The position numbers and the translations under genes are program-made. This document shows, one piece after another, positions 11,045 to 19,919 of a stretch of 64,000 bases of DNA (position 1 is its first letter; every line of letters begins with the position of its first letter). Source of the DNA: Candidatus Thermosaccharophagus tengchongensis (lineage in GTDB: Bacteria; Armatimonadota; Fervidibacteria; Fervidibacterales; Thermosaccharophagaceae); assembly GCA_032161105.1 (NCBI GenBank), contig JAVHTD010000005.1; one strand, 5' to 3'. The notes beneath the pieces were generated by a model, which worked only from the letters and a program-made list of their open reading frames with translations, made no database searches and had not been told where the DNA came from.

Positions 11045-11104
11045 GGCACTCCGTGCGTCGGTGAAAAAAAACAGCTTTGGAAACTTCATCCCGATTCGGA
11101 TAAG

Positions 11105-12661
11105 GTGCATCGTTGCATGGCGAAAGGGTGGCTCATTGCGATTTTAATCCTCGTTGCAAGCGTCTTCAGCGCTTTTCTGCTCAACGCTTGTCCGAGGCAT
11201 AGCCGTTATAGGCTTGAGCTTTACATCCAGTCAATCGGGCGATATGGCGATGGCGTTTGGAGGGTTGGCGCATCAAAGGCGGCGATAACGCCATTTGTGT
11301 GCGCAAACTTCGTTGACAGTGATGGCGATGGGCGATACGAGCCGATGAGCGGCGATAGGTTGAGCGGGACGAGGATTTGGCTTGCTGGCTTTCACAATTC
11401 ACGCCCCGCCTCAAGGGTGCATGACCAACTTTGGGCGAGGGCTGTTGCCATTGATAATGGCGTTCACCGAATTGGCATCATTTCACTTGACCTGATTGGC
11501 TTGTTTTACGACGATGTGATTGACATACGAAATGAAGCTGAGCGGGTTGGCGCTAAATGTGACTACATCGTTGTGGCGTGCACGCACAACCACAACTCGC
11601 CAGATACGCTCGGTCTGTGGGGGCGATTCAGATTTTCGTGTGGCGTTGATGCGAGCTATCTGGAGATGGTGAAGCGGATGGCGGTTAAGGCGCTCACGGA
11701 AGCCATCTCAAACATGCGCAGTTGCAGGCTCTCGGTCGCTCAAGCCAAAACTGGCGTTGATGGGTTGATTGGCGATTCACGCCCACCGTTCGTGGTTGAT
11801 GATAGGCTCACCGTGATGCATTTTTATGATGCCACCACGCATGAGACAGTGTGCGCCATTGTTCATTGGGCGAATCATCCAGAGGCGTTTGGCTCAAGGA
11901 ATACGATGGTCACATCCGACTTTGTTCACTGGGTGCGCACCACAGTTGAGAATGGCATTCGGTTGCCAGACGGCGGTTTTGTGGGCGGGCTTGGCGGTAT
12001 TGCGATTTACATCAACGGCGCAATCGGCGGATTGATGAGCCCGATGGGCGTGAGCGTGCGTTCGCTCGATGGGCGAGTCATTAAAGCTGACGGCTTGGAG
12101 AAAGCGAAAGCGCTCGGTGAGAGAGTCGGGTTGCTTGCGCTTAAGCATATCCGCAATGCCAAGTTCGTAAACGACACATCGGTTGAAGTTCGCTCAAGGA
12201 CAATAACGCTCCCAATTGAAAATTGGCTTCTCAGAATTGGAGCGCACATCGGTGTGATCAGGCATGGCTATTTTGTTCTTCGCTCCGCCGTCCCAACGGA
12301 GATAGCGTTCATTCGGCTCGGCGAAGTCAGCATGCTCTGCATACCTGGAGAGCTATATCCCGAGATTGTGATTGGAGGCGTGGAATCGCCGAGTGGTGCG
12401 GACTATGGCGGTGAAGTTTGTGAGAGCCCACCACTGATTGAACTCATGCCAACAAAATTTTCGCTGGTCATTGGGTTGGCGAATGACGAGCTCGGATATT
12501 TTATCCCGAAGACGCAATGGGATGCTCGTCCACCGTATTCGTATGGGGAATGCCATTATGGCGAGGCAATGTCGCTCGGTCCAAATGCGGCATGTTCGCT
12601 TTACCGAGAGTTTGTGCGCTTGATGAAGTCAACCGCCGATGAACTAAAGAGCCGCGATTGA
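11105..12661 (+). CDS. Exported neutral/alkaline ceramidase-like hydrolase
   Basis: Signal-like N-terminus; HDQLWARA, THNHNSPD, ANHPE, PGELYPE and GLANDELGY motifs. Confidence 0.7.
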   Translation: MHRCMAKGWLIAILILVASVFSAFLLNACPRHSRYRLELYIQSIGRYGDGVWRVGASKAAITPFVCANFVDSDGDGRYEPMSGDRLSGTRIWLAGFHNSRPASRVHDQLWARAVAIDNGVHRIGIISLDLIGLFYDDVIDIRNEAERVGAKCDYIVVACTHNHNSPDTLGLWGRFRFSCGVDASYLEMVKRMAVKALTEAISNMRSCRLSVAQAKTGVDGLIGDSRPPFVVDDRLTVMHFYDATTHETVCAIVHWANHPEAFGSRNTMVTSDFVHWVRTTVENGIRLPDGGFVGGLGGIAIYINGAIGGLMSPMGVSVRSLDGRVIKADGLEKAKALGERVGLLALKHIRNAKFVNDTSVEVRSRTITLPIENWLLRIGAHIGVIRHGYFVLRSAVPTEIAFIRLGEVSMLCIPGELYPEIVIGGVESPSGADYGGEVCESPPLIELMPTKFSLVIGLANDELGYFIPKTQWDARPPYSYGECHYGEAMSLGPNAACSLYREFVRLMKSTADELKSRD

Positions 12662-12855
12662 GCTCAAACTTCCCACATTCACACATCGCTTGCGCTATCC
12701 AACTATCGCCATGTTAGCTGGATGCAAAGCCCATCCGACCACTGAGCGAGTTTTTGAACCCCAATCCGCATTCGGTGTAATGAGAGATTGCTTCCCATGG
12801 CAAATTGTGACAAAGTCTGTTTTAGCCGTGAGACGCGCTAAGGGGGTGCACGCAG

Positions 12856-13155
12856 ATGGAGGCATTGGCTGCCTTTTTATGGCTGACGGTTTTCCTGTTT
12901 GGGTGCGTGGTGCTCATTTTGATGTGCATCTCCGTCTACTTCCAGTGGCGCATTTTGGGTGTGCTTGCGAGCCTTGAGGCATACATGCGTCAGTTTGCGA
13001 CCGCAAAGTCAGAGAAGCCTGCCGAGGAACCAAGTGGAGAGCCGTTGAGCAATTCCGATGCACGCCGCGAGGCGACCAAAGAGGATGTGCAGTGCCATTC
13101 CGCAAGTGATGCATTGCAGGGGGACAAAGCCAATGAGCTTGCGAATCCAATTTAA
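12856..13155 (+). CDS. Small membrane-anchored hypothetical protein
   Basis: One N-terminal hydrophobic helix and an acidic tail; AAGGGG upstream. Confidence 0.5.
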   Translation: MEALAAFLWLTVFLFGCVVLILMCISVYFQWRILGVLASLEAYMRQFATAKSEKPAEEPSGEPLSNSDARREATKEDVQCHSASDALQGDKANELANPI

Positions 13156-13225
13156 CCGAGTGACTTGCTCACAGATGCGGCGAGTGACTCCGTGGAATTA
13201 GCTGCCTTGACTCCCGTTCTTTGAG

Positions 13226-14344
13226 GTGAGTGTTGGAGTGTGGCGCAACAGTGCCTCAAGCGATCGCGCTGTCAACCACATCGTGATTTTGGTAGCCGTT
13301 GCTGTTTTGCTCTTTCTCCTATACAGGCTGAGGGCTATATTGCCCCTCTTCATTGTGGGCATGCTGCTTGCCTATCTCCTTGATCCAATCGTTGACGGAC
13401 TTGAAAGCAGAGGATGGTCTCGCAGTATGGCATCTCTTATCTCGTTCAGCTTCTTCCTTCTCCTATTCGCGGCGGTGGTGATAGCGATTGCGCCACTCGT
13501 CATTTCTCAAGTGCAGTCGCTCATTGAGGAGTGCATGCCTCCTCATGGGCGCTATTACATGTTCGCAATCAAACTGCTAAAGAGGATTGAGGAGAATAGC
13601 TCTTCAAACCCATTCATTGCGTATGCCTTGCAAGCGCTCGGCAGCCTCTCAAAGCAAATTGGCGAATTCATGCTTGAGCGGATTAAATGGGCTGTGACAT
13701 CAATTGGGAGCTTGCTCTCAGTCCTGCTGTTGCCGTTCATCACTTATTACTGGCTTCAGGTTATTGACCCGCTTCGCCAAAGGGTGCTTGCGCTCATACC
13801 AGTGGAACATCGCGCTGAAGTTGTAACATTGCTTCATGAGACCAGCAAATTGATTGGGCGATACTTTCGCGGCTTCATGCTGATGTGCATTTGCGTCGGC
13901 TTTGTTGACGGAATTCTCCTGTGGATCATTTCCTTCATCTTCGGCAACGACCACGCTGCTGCAATTGGCTTCTTCGCTGGCATAACATACTCAATCCCAT
14001 ACTTCGGAACCATCGGGAGCACCATCCTCGCCCTTTTTGTTGGTTACTTGACGAGCGAGCACTACCGAATTTGGGCAGCGTTGTGCTCAGCAGGTGTGAT
14101 CGTGATCGTCAACCAAGTTTTTGATTGGCTCATAGTGCCGAAGGTGATTGGGCAAAGGGTCGGATTGCCGCCGCTTGTCGCCATTTTCTCGGTCATGGCT
14201 GGCAGCGTTATGTTTGGCATTGTCGGGATGATAATCGCAGTGCCGTTGGCTGGTTGCATAAAGCTTGCTCTAATGCAGTTTGCTCCAAAGCTGTTTGAGC
14301 CAGTTGGGGAGTCCGATAAGGGTCATGCGGAAGTGGGCAATTAA
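13226..14344 (+). CDS. AI-2E (PerM) family transporter
   Basis: LAYLLDPIVD, IPYFGT, PKVIGQRVGLPP and FGIVGMIIAVP motifs. Confidence 0.9.
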   Translation: MSVGVWRNSASSDRAVNHIVILVAVAVLLFLLYRLRAILPLFIVGMLLAYLLDPIVDGLESRGWSRSMASLISFSFFLLLFAAVVIAIAPLVISQVQSLIEECMPPHGRYYMFAIKLLKRIEENSSSNPFIAYALQALGSLSKQIGEFMLERIKWAVTSIGSLLSVLLLPFITYYWLQVIDPLRQRVLALIPVEHRAEVVTLLHETSKLIGRYFRGFMLMCICVGFVDGILLWIISFIFGNDHAAAIGFFAGITYSIPYFGTIGSTILALFVGYLTSEHYRIWAALCSAGVIVIVNQVFDWLIVPKVIGQRVGLPPLVAIFSVMAGSVMFGIVGMIIAVPLAGCIKLALMQFAPKLFEPVGESDKGHAEVGN

Positions 14345-14471
14345 AAGTCCGATGGGCATTTTAATGCGTTGAGCTGTTGGCTTTGGATGAGGGCATCGCA
14401 GTAAGCTCACACATGCTAAAATTGAGCATTGTGATCGGCGAGTTTGCTGACTCAGATGAGGGGGTGAGAGG

Positions 14472-16235
14472 ATGCGCAGGGTGTGCATTGCTCTTTTGGG
14501 CTCTTTAGCTTTGGATGCTATTGGTGGTGTTGGCATGGCGGCTGTTGTCATTGCTGAGCGCGGCGGGAGCAACTACCGAATCGTTATAGCCAAGGATGCC
14601 ATACCATCGGAGCAGTATGCTGCGCAGGAGTTGCAACGCTACATAGAGCGCATGAGTGGTGCGAAGTTGCCGATAGTCACCGACGACCAACCGATGCAGA
14701 AGCGAGAGATCATGGTTGGTGAAAGCGCGCATACGAAAAAATTGCGTTTGAGGGTTGATGTGAAGGGGCTTGGCACGGATGGATTCATAATGCAAACTGT
14801 CGGGGAGAGTTTGATTATAGTTGGCGGAAAACCCAGAGGGACGCTGTATGGGGTTTATGCATTGCTTGAAGAGAAGTTTGGCGTGCGTTGGTTTGCACCC
14901 GATGTTGAGTATGTTCCGAAGGTTGAAAGGATTGAGTTGCCAAAATTGAACGAGATGCAAATTCCCGCTTTTGAATACCGAGAGGTCTTTTGGACGGAAA
15001 TGATGCGAGATGCCGATTTTGCGGCTCGCCATAGGTTGAATGGACAGCATTACAGGTTGACCGAGAAGCATGGTGGAAGGGCTGTTGTGTTTTACCCGTT
15101 TGTGCACAGCTTTGATCTGCTTATCCCAAGGGAACTTTACAAGGAGCATCCAGAGTATTTCCCACTGATAGGTGGAAAGCGTATCAACGGCTATGTGCAG
15201 CGCTGCCTGTCAAATCCTGATGTTTTGAGGCTCGCTATTGAGCGGGTTCGGCAATGGATAAAAGAGCATCCTGAAGCGACGATAATAGATGTCTCGCAGA
15301 ACGACACTGGCAATTGGTGCCAGTGTGAGAATTGTAAGTCGCTTGATGACGCTGAGGGCTCACCATCGGCGTCAATCATTCGCTTTGTCAATGCCATAGC
15401 CGAAGCCATTGAGAAGGAATATCCGCACATTCGCATAGAGACACTCGCTTACACTTACAGCCGAAGACCGCCAAAGACGCTTCGCCCAAGGCACAATGTC
15501 ATAATCAGACTATGCTCAATAGAGTGCTGTTTTTCGCACCCACTTGATGGCTGTCCATCGGAGCAAAACAAGCGCTTTGTGGAGGACATCAAAGCGTGGC
15601 GAAATGTTGCGCCGATACTCTATGTATGGGATTACACGACAAACTTTGCCCATTACATTCAGCCATTCCCCAACTTGGAGGTGCTTCAAGCGAATGTGCA
15701 ATTCTTCTCAAAGCATAATGTAGTTGGCCTGTTTGAGCAGGGTAACTACTCTCAAGGCGGCAATGGTGAGATGGCACCATTGCGCTCTTACCTGCTCGCA
15801 AAGCTGCTGTGGAATCCGAATACCGATGTTAAAAAGCACATGGATGGGTTCCTCAATGGCTATTACGGCAATGCAGCAAAACCGATACGGGCTTACATTG
15901 ACTTGCTCCATTCAAGAGTTCGTGAGAAGGGTTACCACGCCCACATTTATGATCCACCCACTGCCCCGTATATCAACGACGATGAGTTTTTGAATACCGC
16001 AGAGAAGTTGTTTGATGAGGCTGAAGCTGTTGCTGGTGACGATTCAATTCGTTTCAGAGTGCAGGTGACACGCTTGCCAATTTGGTATGTGAAGCTCGCG
16101 ACAAACAGGGTAAAGGGAGACGAGAGGAAGAAGTTGATTGAGCGTTTTCTTGAGGTTGCAAGAAAGGCAGGCGTAACAAACATAAGTGAGGGAAAGAGCC
16201 TTAATGCGTGGGCGAAGGAAATGGGCGCTATGTGA
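14472..16235 (+). CDS. DUF4838 domain protein with glycoside-hydrolase-like N-terminal domain
   Basis: YAAQELQRYIERMSGAKLPI, RGTLYGVYALLE, HPEYF and SQNDTGNWCQC motifs. Confidence 0.75.
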   Translation: MRRVCIALLGSLALDAIGGVGMAAVVIAERGGSNYRIVIAKDAIPSEQYAAQELQRYIERMSGAKLPIVTDDQPMQKREIMVGESAHTKKLRLRVDVKGLGTDGFIMQTVGESLIIVGGKPRGTLYGVYALLEEKFGVRWFAPDVEYVPKVERIELPKLNEMQIPAFEYREVFWTEMMRDADFAARHRLNGQHYRLTEKHGGRAVVFYPFVHSFDLLIPRELYKEHPEYFPLIGGKRINGYVQRCLSNPDVLRLAIERVRQWIKEHPEATIIDVSQNDTGNWCQCENCKSLDDAEGSPSASIIRFVNAIAEAIEKEYPHIRIETLAYTYSRRPPKTLRPRHNVIIRLCSIECCFSHPLDGCPSEQNKRFVEDIKAWRNVAPILYVWDYTTNFAHYIQPFPNLEVLQANVQFFSKHNVVGLFEQGNYSQGGNGEMAPLRSYLLAKLLWNPNTDVKKHMDGFLNGYYGNAAKPIRAYIDLLHSRVREKGYHAHIYDPPTAPYINDDEFLNTAEKLFDEAEAVAGDDSIRFRVQVTRLPIWYVKLATNRVKGDERKKLIERFLEVARKAGVTNISEGKSLNAWAKEMGAM

Positions 16236-16497
16236 GGCTATCTCCTTTGGTGAGGTAAGTTATCGCCCTGCGTTGCTGCGCAATGTTTTATAGCGCAGGA
16301 GCATCATTAGCATCGGGTTTGAATTGCGATATCGTCCACGGACGCTCCGCAGTTCGGGTTGACTTTGACAAATAAGTGCGTTAAACTGATGTAACGCAAT
16401 GTGGGGTGAGGGAGCAATTTGCCCCAAGGTGTTTATGCGCCCGTAAGGTAACTGGTGTTCAACGAGAGCCAGTTTTTTGACGAGGGAGTTGAGAGGG

Positions 16498-17346
16498 ATG
16501 GTTGAGAGGGGCGTTATTTTGGCAGCTGGGCGTGGAACAAGGTTACACCCCGTTACAAAGACGCAGCCAAAGGAAATGGTCCCAGTTGGCAGGAAGCCAG
16601 CAATTGAATATATCGTTGAGGAATTAGCGCAAGCTGGTATCGCAGACATCCTCATAGTGACGGGGAAACAGAAGTCTTCATTGGAAGCATATTTTGATGA
16701 TGGTGTCCCGCCCAAATACGACTCGTCGGTAAATGGCGCTCGCATTTACTTTGTAAGGCAACCTCAACCGCTTGGCACAGGCGATGCGGTTAAGCGTGCG
16801 GTTGGTTGGACAAACGATAAACCGTTCGTCGTTGCGATGGGAGACTGCATAATTTGGTCAAGCAGCCGTGACAACATTACTCAAGAACTCATTGAAGTTC
16901 ACGAACGATACAATGCTGCAGCAACAATCGCGGTTGAATTGGTGAGCAAACAGGAGACAAACAAATACGGCGTAGTCAGCGTTAAAGGACATGGACGAAT
17001 AGCGCGGTTGACGGGCATTGTTGAAAAGCCACCGCCAGAGAAAGCTCCAAGCAGACTCGCCATTGCTGGAAGGTATGTGTTTGACCCGATTATCTATGAT
17101 GCATTGAACGAGGTTGAGGTTTGCAATGAAGGTGAGTTGGGCATAACCGATGCGATCGCCGTATTAGTGAACAAGGGTTTTCCGGTTTATTGCGTCAGGC
17201 TTAAGAGAGGACAAGTTCGGATGGATGTCGGAAACTTTGAGGGTTACTTCAAAGCGTTCATTTGGGCTGCAATTAACGATAAGGAACATGGTGGCTTGAT
17301 CGCTACCTTCATCCGACGGATACTCAATTCTACCAGACAGGTTTGA
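16498..17346 (+). CDS. Sugar-phosphate nucleotidyltransferase (GalU/RmlA-like)
   Basis: ILAAGRGTRLHPVTKTQPKEMVPV, QPQPLGTGDAV and IVEKP motifs. Confidence 0.88.
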   Translation: MVERGVILAAGRGTRLHPVTKTQPKEMVPVGRKPAIEYIVEELAQAGIADILIVTGKQKSSLEAYFDDGVPPKYDSSVNGARIYFVRQPQPLGTGDAVKRAVGWTNDKPFVVAMGDCIIWSSSRDNITQELIEVHERYNAAATIAVELVSKQETNKYGVVSVKGHGRIARLTGIVEKPPPEKAPSRLAIAGRYVFDPIIYDALNEVEVCNEGELGITDAIAVLVNKGFPVYCVRLKRGQVRMDVGNFEGYFKAFIWAAINDKEHGGLIATFIRRILNSTRQV

Positions 17347-17384
17347 AGCATGATCTTCTGATGCATGTCAATACCGCTTGCGAC

Positions 17385-17413
17385 TTTCCAAATTGCCAAA
17401 TCGCTGCTAAAAT
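17385..17413 (+). promoter_or_regulatory. Candidate sigma70-type promoter for the 17482 gene
   Basis: TTTCCA, 17 bp spacer, TAAAAT with extended -10 TG (TGCTAAAAT at 17405-17413). Confidence 0.45.
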
Positions 17414-17481
17414 GGAATATAGAAGCGCAAGCTAAAGCTTGCGCACAAAAATAAAAAAATCAACACAGGGAGGTGTGAGCG

Positions 17482-17784
17482 ATGGAGGCAAAGTATGTGC
17501 TTGTCGTCACGAAGAATGGCTACGCAAAGCGAGTGCCCATAGAGGATGTGCGTGTCCGTAAGCGCCCTGCAAAGGGTGTTTCCGGAGTTGACCTTGCTGA
17601 AGGTGATACGCTCATTGCAGCACTGCCGGTTGGCGAGGGTGGTGAGATTGTCGTCGCAACAGTGCAAGGGCGCGTTGTCAGACTTAGGTTGGAAGAAATC
17701 AAGACCGCATCGCGCTCCGCAAAAGGCTCTCGCTTGATGGTGCTTGAGGAGGGCGACTCTATAGCCAGTGTTGCTCTCATATAG
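17482..17784 (+). CDS. Stand-alone protein of two DNA gyrase A C-terminal beta-pinwheel repeats
   Basis: VLVVTKNGYAKR..RKRPAKGVSGVDL and IVVATVQGRVVR..SRSAKGSRLMVL each match the GyrA/ParC blade pattern; GGGAGG RBS. Confidence 0.85.
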   Translation: MEAKYVLVVTKNGYAKRVPIEDVRVRKRPAKGVSGVDLAEGDTLIAALPVGEGGEIVVATVQGRVVRLRLEEIKTASRSAKGSRLMVLEEGDSIASVALI

Positions 17785-17841
17785 TAGACACAAGCTGCCA
17801 AATGGAAGTGTAGGGGAACATTCAGCTGCAATTAAAAGTGC

Positions 17842-17879
17842 AAGCGTCGGGTTAGGATACCCGACGCTTTTGCTATTTT
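17842..17879 (+). terminator. Intrinsic terminator
   Basis: AAGCGTCGGGT-taggat-ACCCGACGCTT perfect 11-bp stem followed by a T-rich run. Confidence 0.8.
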
Positions 17880-17929
17880 AGGCTCTATTCTGTGGAAAGG
17901 TATTCAGTGATGCATCGGAGGTAGGGGAT

Positions 17930-17954
17930 AAAAAGCCCCTACGGGTGGCTTTTT
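17930..17954. terminator. Probable bidirectional terminator
   Basis: AAAAAGCC-CC-tacg-GG-t-GGCTTTTT hairpin flanked by A and T tracts between convergent genes. Confidence 0.65.
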
Positions 17955-19866
17955 AGCTCCATTTCTTCAGGTGGCGTAAGAGCCATAGCGTGCTTAATTG
18001 CTTCGTTAAAATTGTTTTGCCAGAGCCATCGGCAACAACGAGCAAGCCGTTCATCCCGTCACGCCACAGATAAATTGCCCTGTATTGCGTCGCAATAAAA
18101 CGGCAGTTTTTCCCCTTTAAATCGTGTTTTGGCATTGGCTGTGGAAGCAATGATGGTGGTAGTTTGCGCTCCAGCGATTTGAGCAAATTAATGCATAAGC
18201 TGCACATTGTTTTCCCTTTCAAGCACGAAAAGCAGTATCTTTGCTCGCAAAGTATGCATTTGCTACTGCACAGGTGGCAAACAGTTGCCCCACAAATGCC
18301 GCACTGCGTGACATGTTTCGGGCAAACTATTTTAGCGCATGATTGACAATAAACGACATGTTCGCTGCAGAGGGTAGTTGAACAACAGTTGGCTCTAAAA
18401 GCGTGCATTGTGCAAATATTTGAACCGCAACTTGAGCAAATATTTCTGCATTTCGCGCAAATTATTTGCCCACATGTTGAACACACTGAGCCGTCCTCAG
18501 CGCAGACAGACTTGCCACAGGTGGAGCATCTGTGAATTCTCTCACTGTTTTGTTGCAAACAATCATTACAAATTGCCTTATCACACACAGTGCAGATAAT
18601 GGCATCATTGGCACATACAATCTTTCCACATATGTAGCATTCAGCTGAACACATCTTACAGATTCCTCTCCCGCAAAACTCACATTTTGCGCTGTGTGGC
18701 TCGCAAATTCGCTTGCCGCAAATTTCGCACACCATAAAGCATTCCTTGCAAACAGGCAGATTGCAAATTTCGCAAAAGCCCTCAATGCAACCTCTGCAGT
18801 ATGCTCTGCCACATGTTGAGCATTCCAAAATGCAATCGCTACACACAGCGTGTTTACATGCGCAAAGGTTTACAAGGCTCATTTGTGAGGCACAACTGGC
18901 ACATGTTGGGAGAGCGAAAGTGCCATCATAAAGGTTGTGGTAAGCCTTGAAGGACAGTTGATGTGAGTCCTGCACCACAGTAAACTTGAATTCAGCCACT
19001 GGAACGCTAATTTCAGCGATACCCACAACATGAATTGAGACGAAAGGTTGACGCCTTTGCGCTTCCTCTTCCATCCTCTCATTCCTCTCATCAATCAACC
19101 TTTCCATTTCGTGCCAAAATTGCCTGCTATTTCCCGCTTTGATGGCAGCTTCTCCGAACAGGCTGGAGTAATAGCTCGCAATGCGCATAAGTTCGGCTTT
19201 TGAGCGCTCACGCGCGGTTTTGGTCAACCCAGAAAGCCAATCTGATAGCAAACTTTCGTGCCTCTCTTTGAGCAATTCAAGGAGCTTTCTCAGAAGCGAA
19301 CGGTTATACGATGGTTTTGCTGGTTTGGCGTCAAAAAGAATTCTGTCCACCCTGTGAGTGACATCCTCAACAAATCCGTTTTCAAGCACCATAAAGCTTT
19401 TTAGCGCGCCTTTTTCGTATGCTGGCGTGCAAGATAATGAGAGACTGACAAGTAAACCACGCAACTTTGCCCTCCTTCTCTTGACCGAGATAAGCTTGCA
19501 ATTCCCGAAGCGCAAATTCGGCTCCGTTGGCTTTTCAACCTCGGGCAATTCAATGGCGATATGCAATGCAGCGGACTTTAGCCACTCGTGGACGCGATGG
19601 AAAAGTCGACTTCCGGGAGAAAATAGCAGGGCACCTTGAACAGCTTCGCACGCATCCTTTTCAAACACGACGATGAGCTCTTCACTGTCCCATTCAAACG
19701 GGGAACCTTCAGGCAACACGATTTGCAGCAATTTCCCTCTATCTATCACCTTTGCACCGATGGACTTGAAAAATTGGCGGCATAAAAAACGAAGCCATGA
19801 TTCCAAATCATTGGCTGTGGTCGCATTACACACTGTATCCCGATCCAATCGCTCAAATTGCCGCAT
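17953..19866 (-). CDS. YqhG-like protein with tandem Cys-rich zinc-binding repeat tail
   Basis: N-terminal FSPGSRLFHRV and coiled RIASYY...ERMEEE segments resemble the YqhG-type helicase partner; C-terminal third is CxxC-x4-Cxx[C/H/D] repeats; ATG at 19866 follows GGGGGA. Confidence 0.6.
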   Translation of the reverse strand: MRQFERLDRDTVCNATTANDLESWLRFLCRQFFKSIGAKVIDRGKLLQIVLPEGSPFEWDSEELIVVFEKDACEAVQGALLFSPGSRLFHRVHEWLKSAALHIAIELPEVEKPTEPNLRFGNCKLISVKRRRAKLRGLLVSLSLSCTPAYEKGALKSFMVLENGFVEDVTHRVDRILFDAKPAKPSYNRSLLRKLLELLKERHESLLSDWLSGLTKTARERSKAELMRIASYYSSLFGEAAIKAGNSRQFWHEMERLIDERNERMEEEAQRRQPFVSIHVVGIAEISVPVAEFKFTVVQDSHQLSFKAYHNLYDGTFALPTCASCASQMSLVNLCACKHAVCSDCILECSTCGRAYCRGCIEGFCEICNLPVCKECFMVCEICGKRICEPHSAKCEFCGRGICKMCSAECYICGKIVCANDAIICTVCDKAICNDCLQQNSERIHRCSTCGKSVCAEDGSVCSTCGQIICAKCRNICSSCGSNICTMHAFRANCCSTTLCSEHVVYCQSCAKIVCPKHVTQCGICGATVCHLCSSKCILCEQRYCFSCLKGKTMCSLCINLLKSLERKLPPSLLPQPMPKHDLKGKNCRFIATQYRAIYLWRDGMNGLLVVADGSGKTILTKQLSTLWLLRHLKKWS

Positions 19867-19919
19867 TTTTATCCCCCGCCGAGGGCACAACTTCGGCGAT
19901 TAAACACATCCGCTCATCA

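Noticed and set aside
12795..12850. c-di-GMP-I riboswitch (GGCAAA...GACGC)
   Set aside because: The required P1/P2 pairing and GNRA loop/receptor could not be built.
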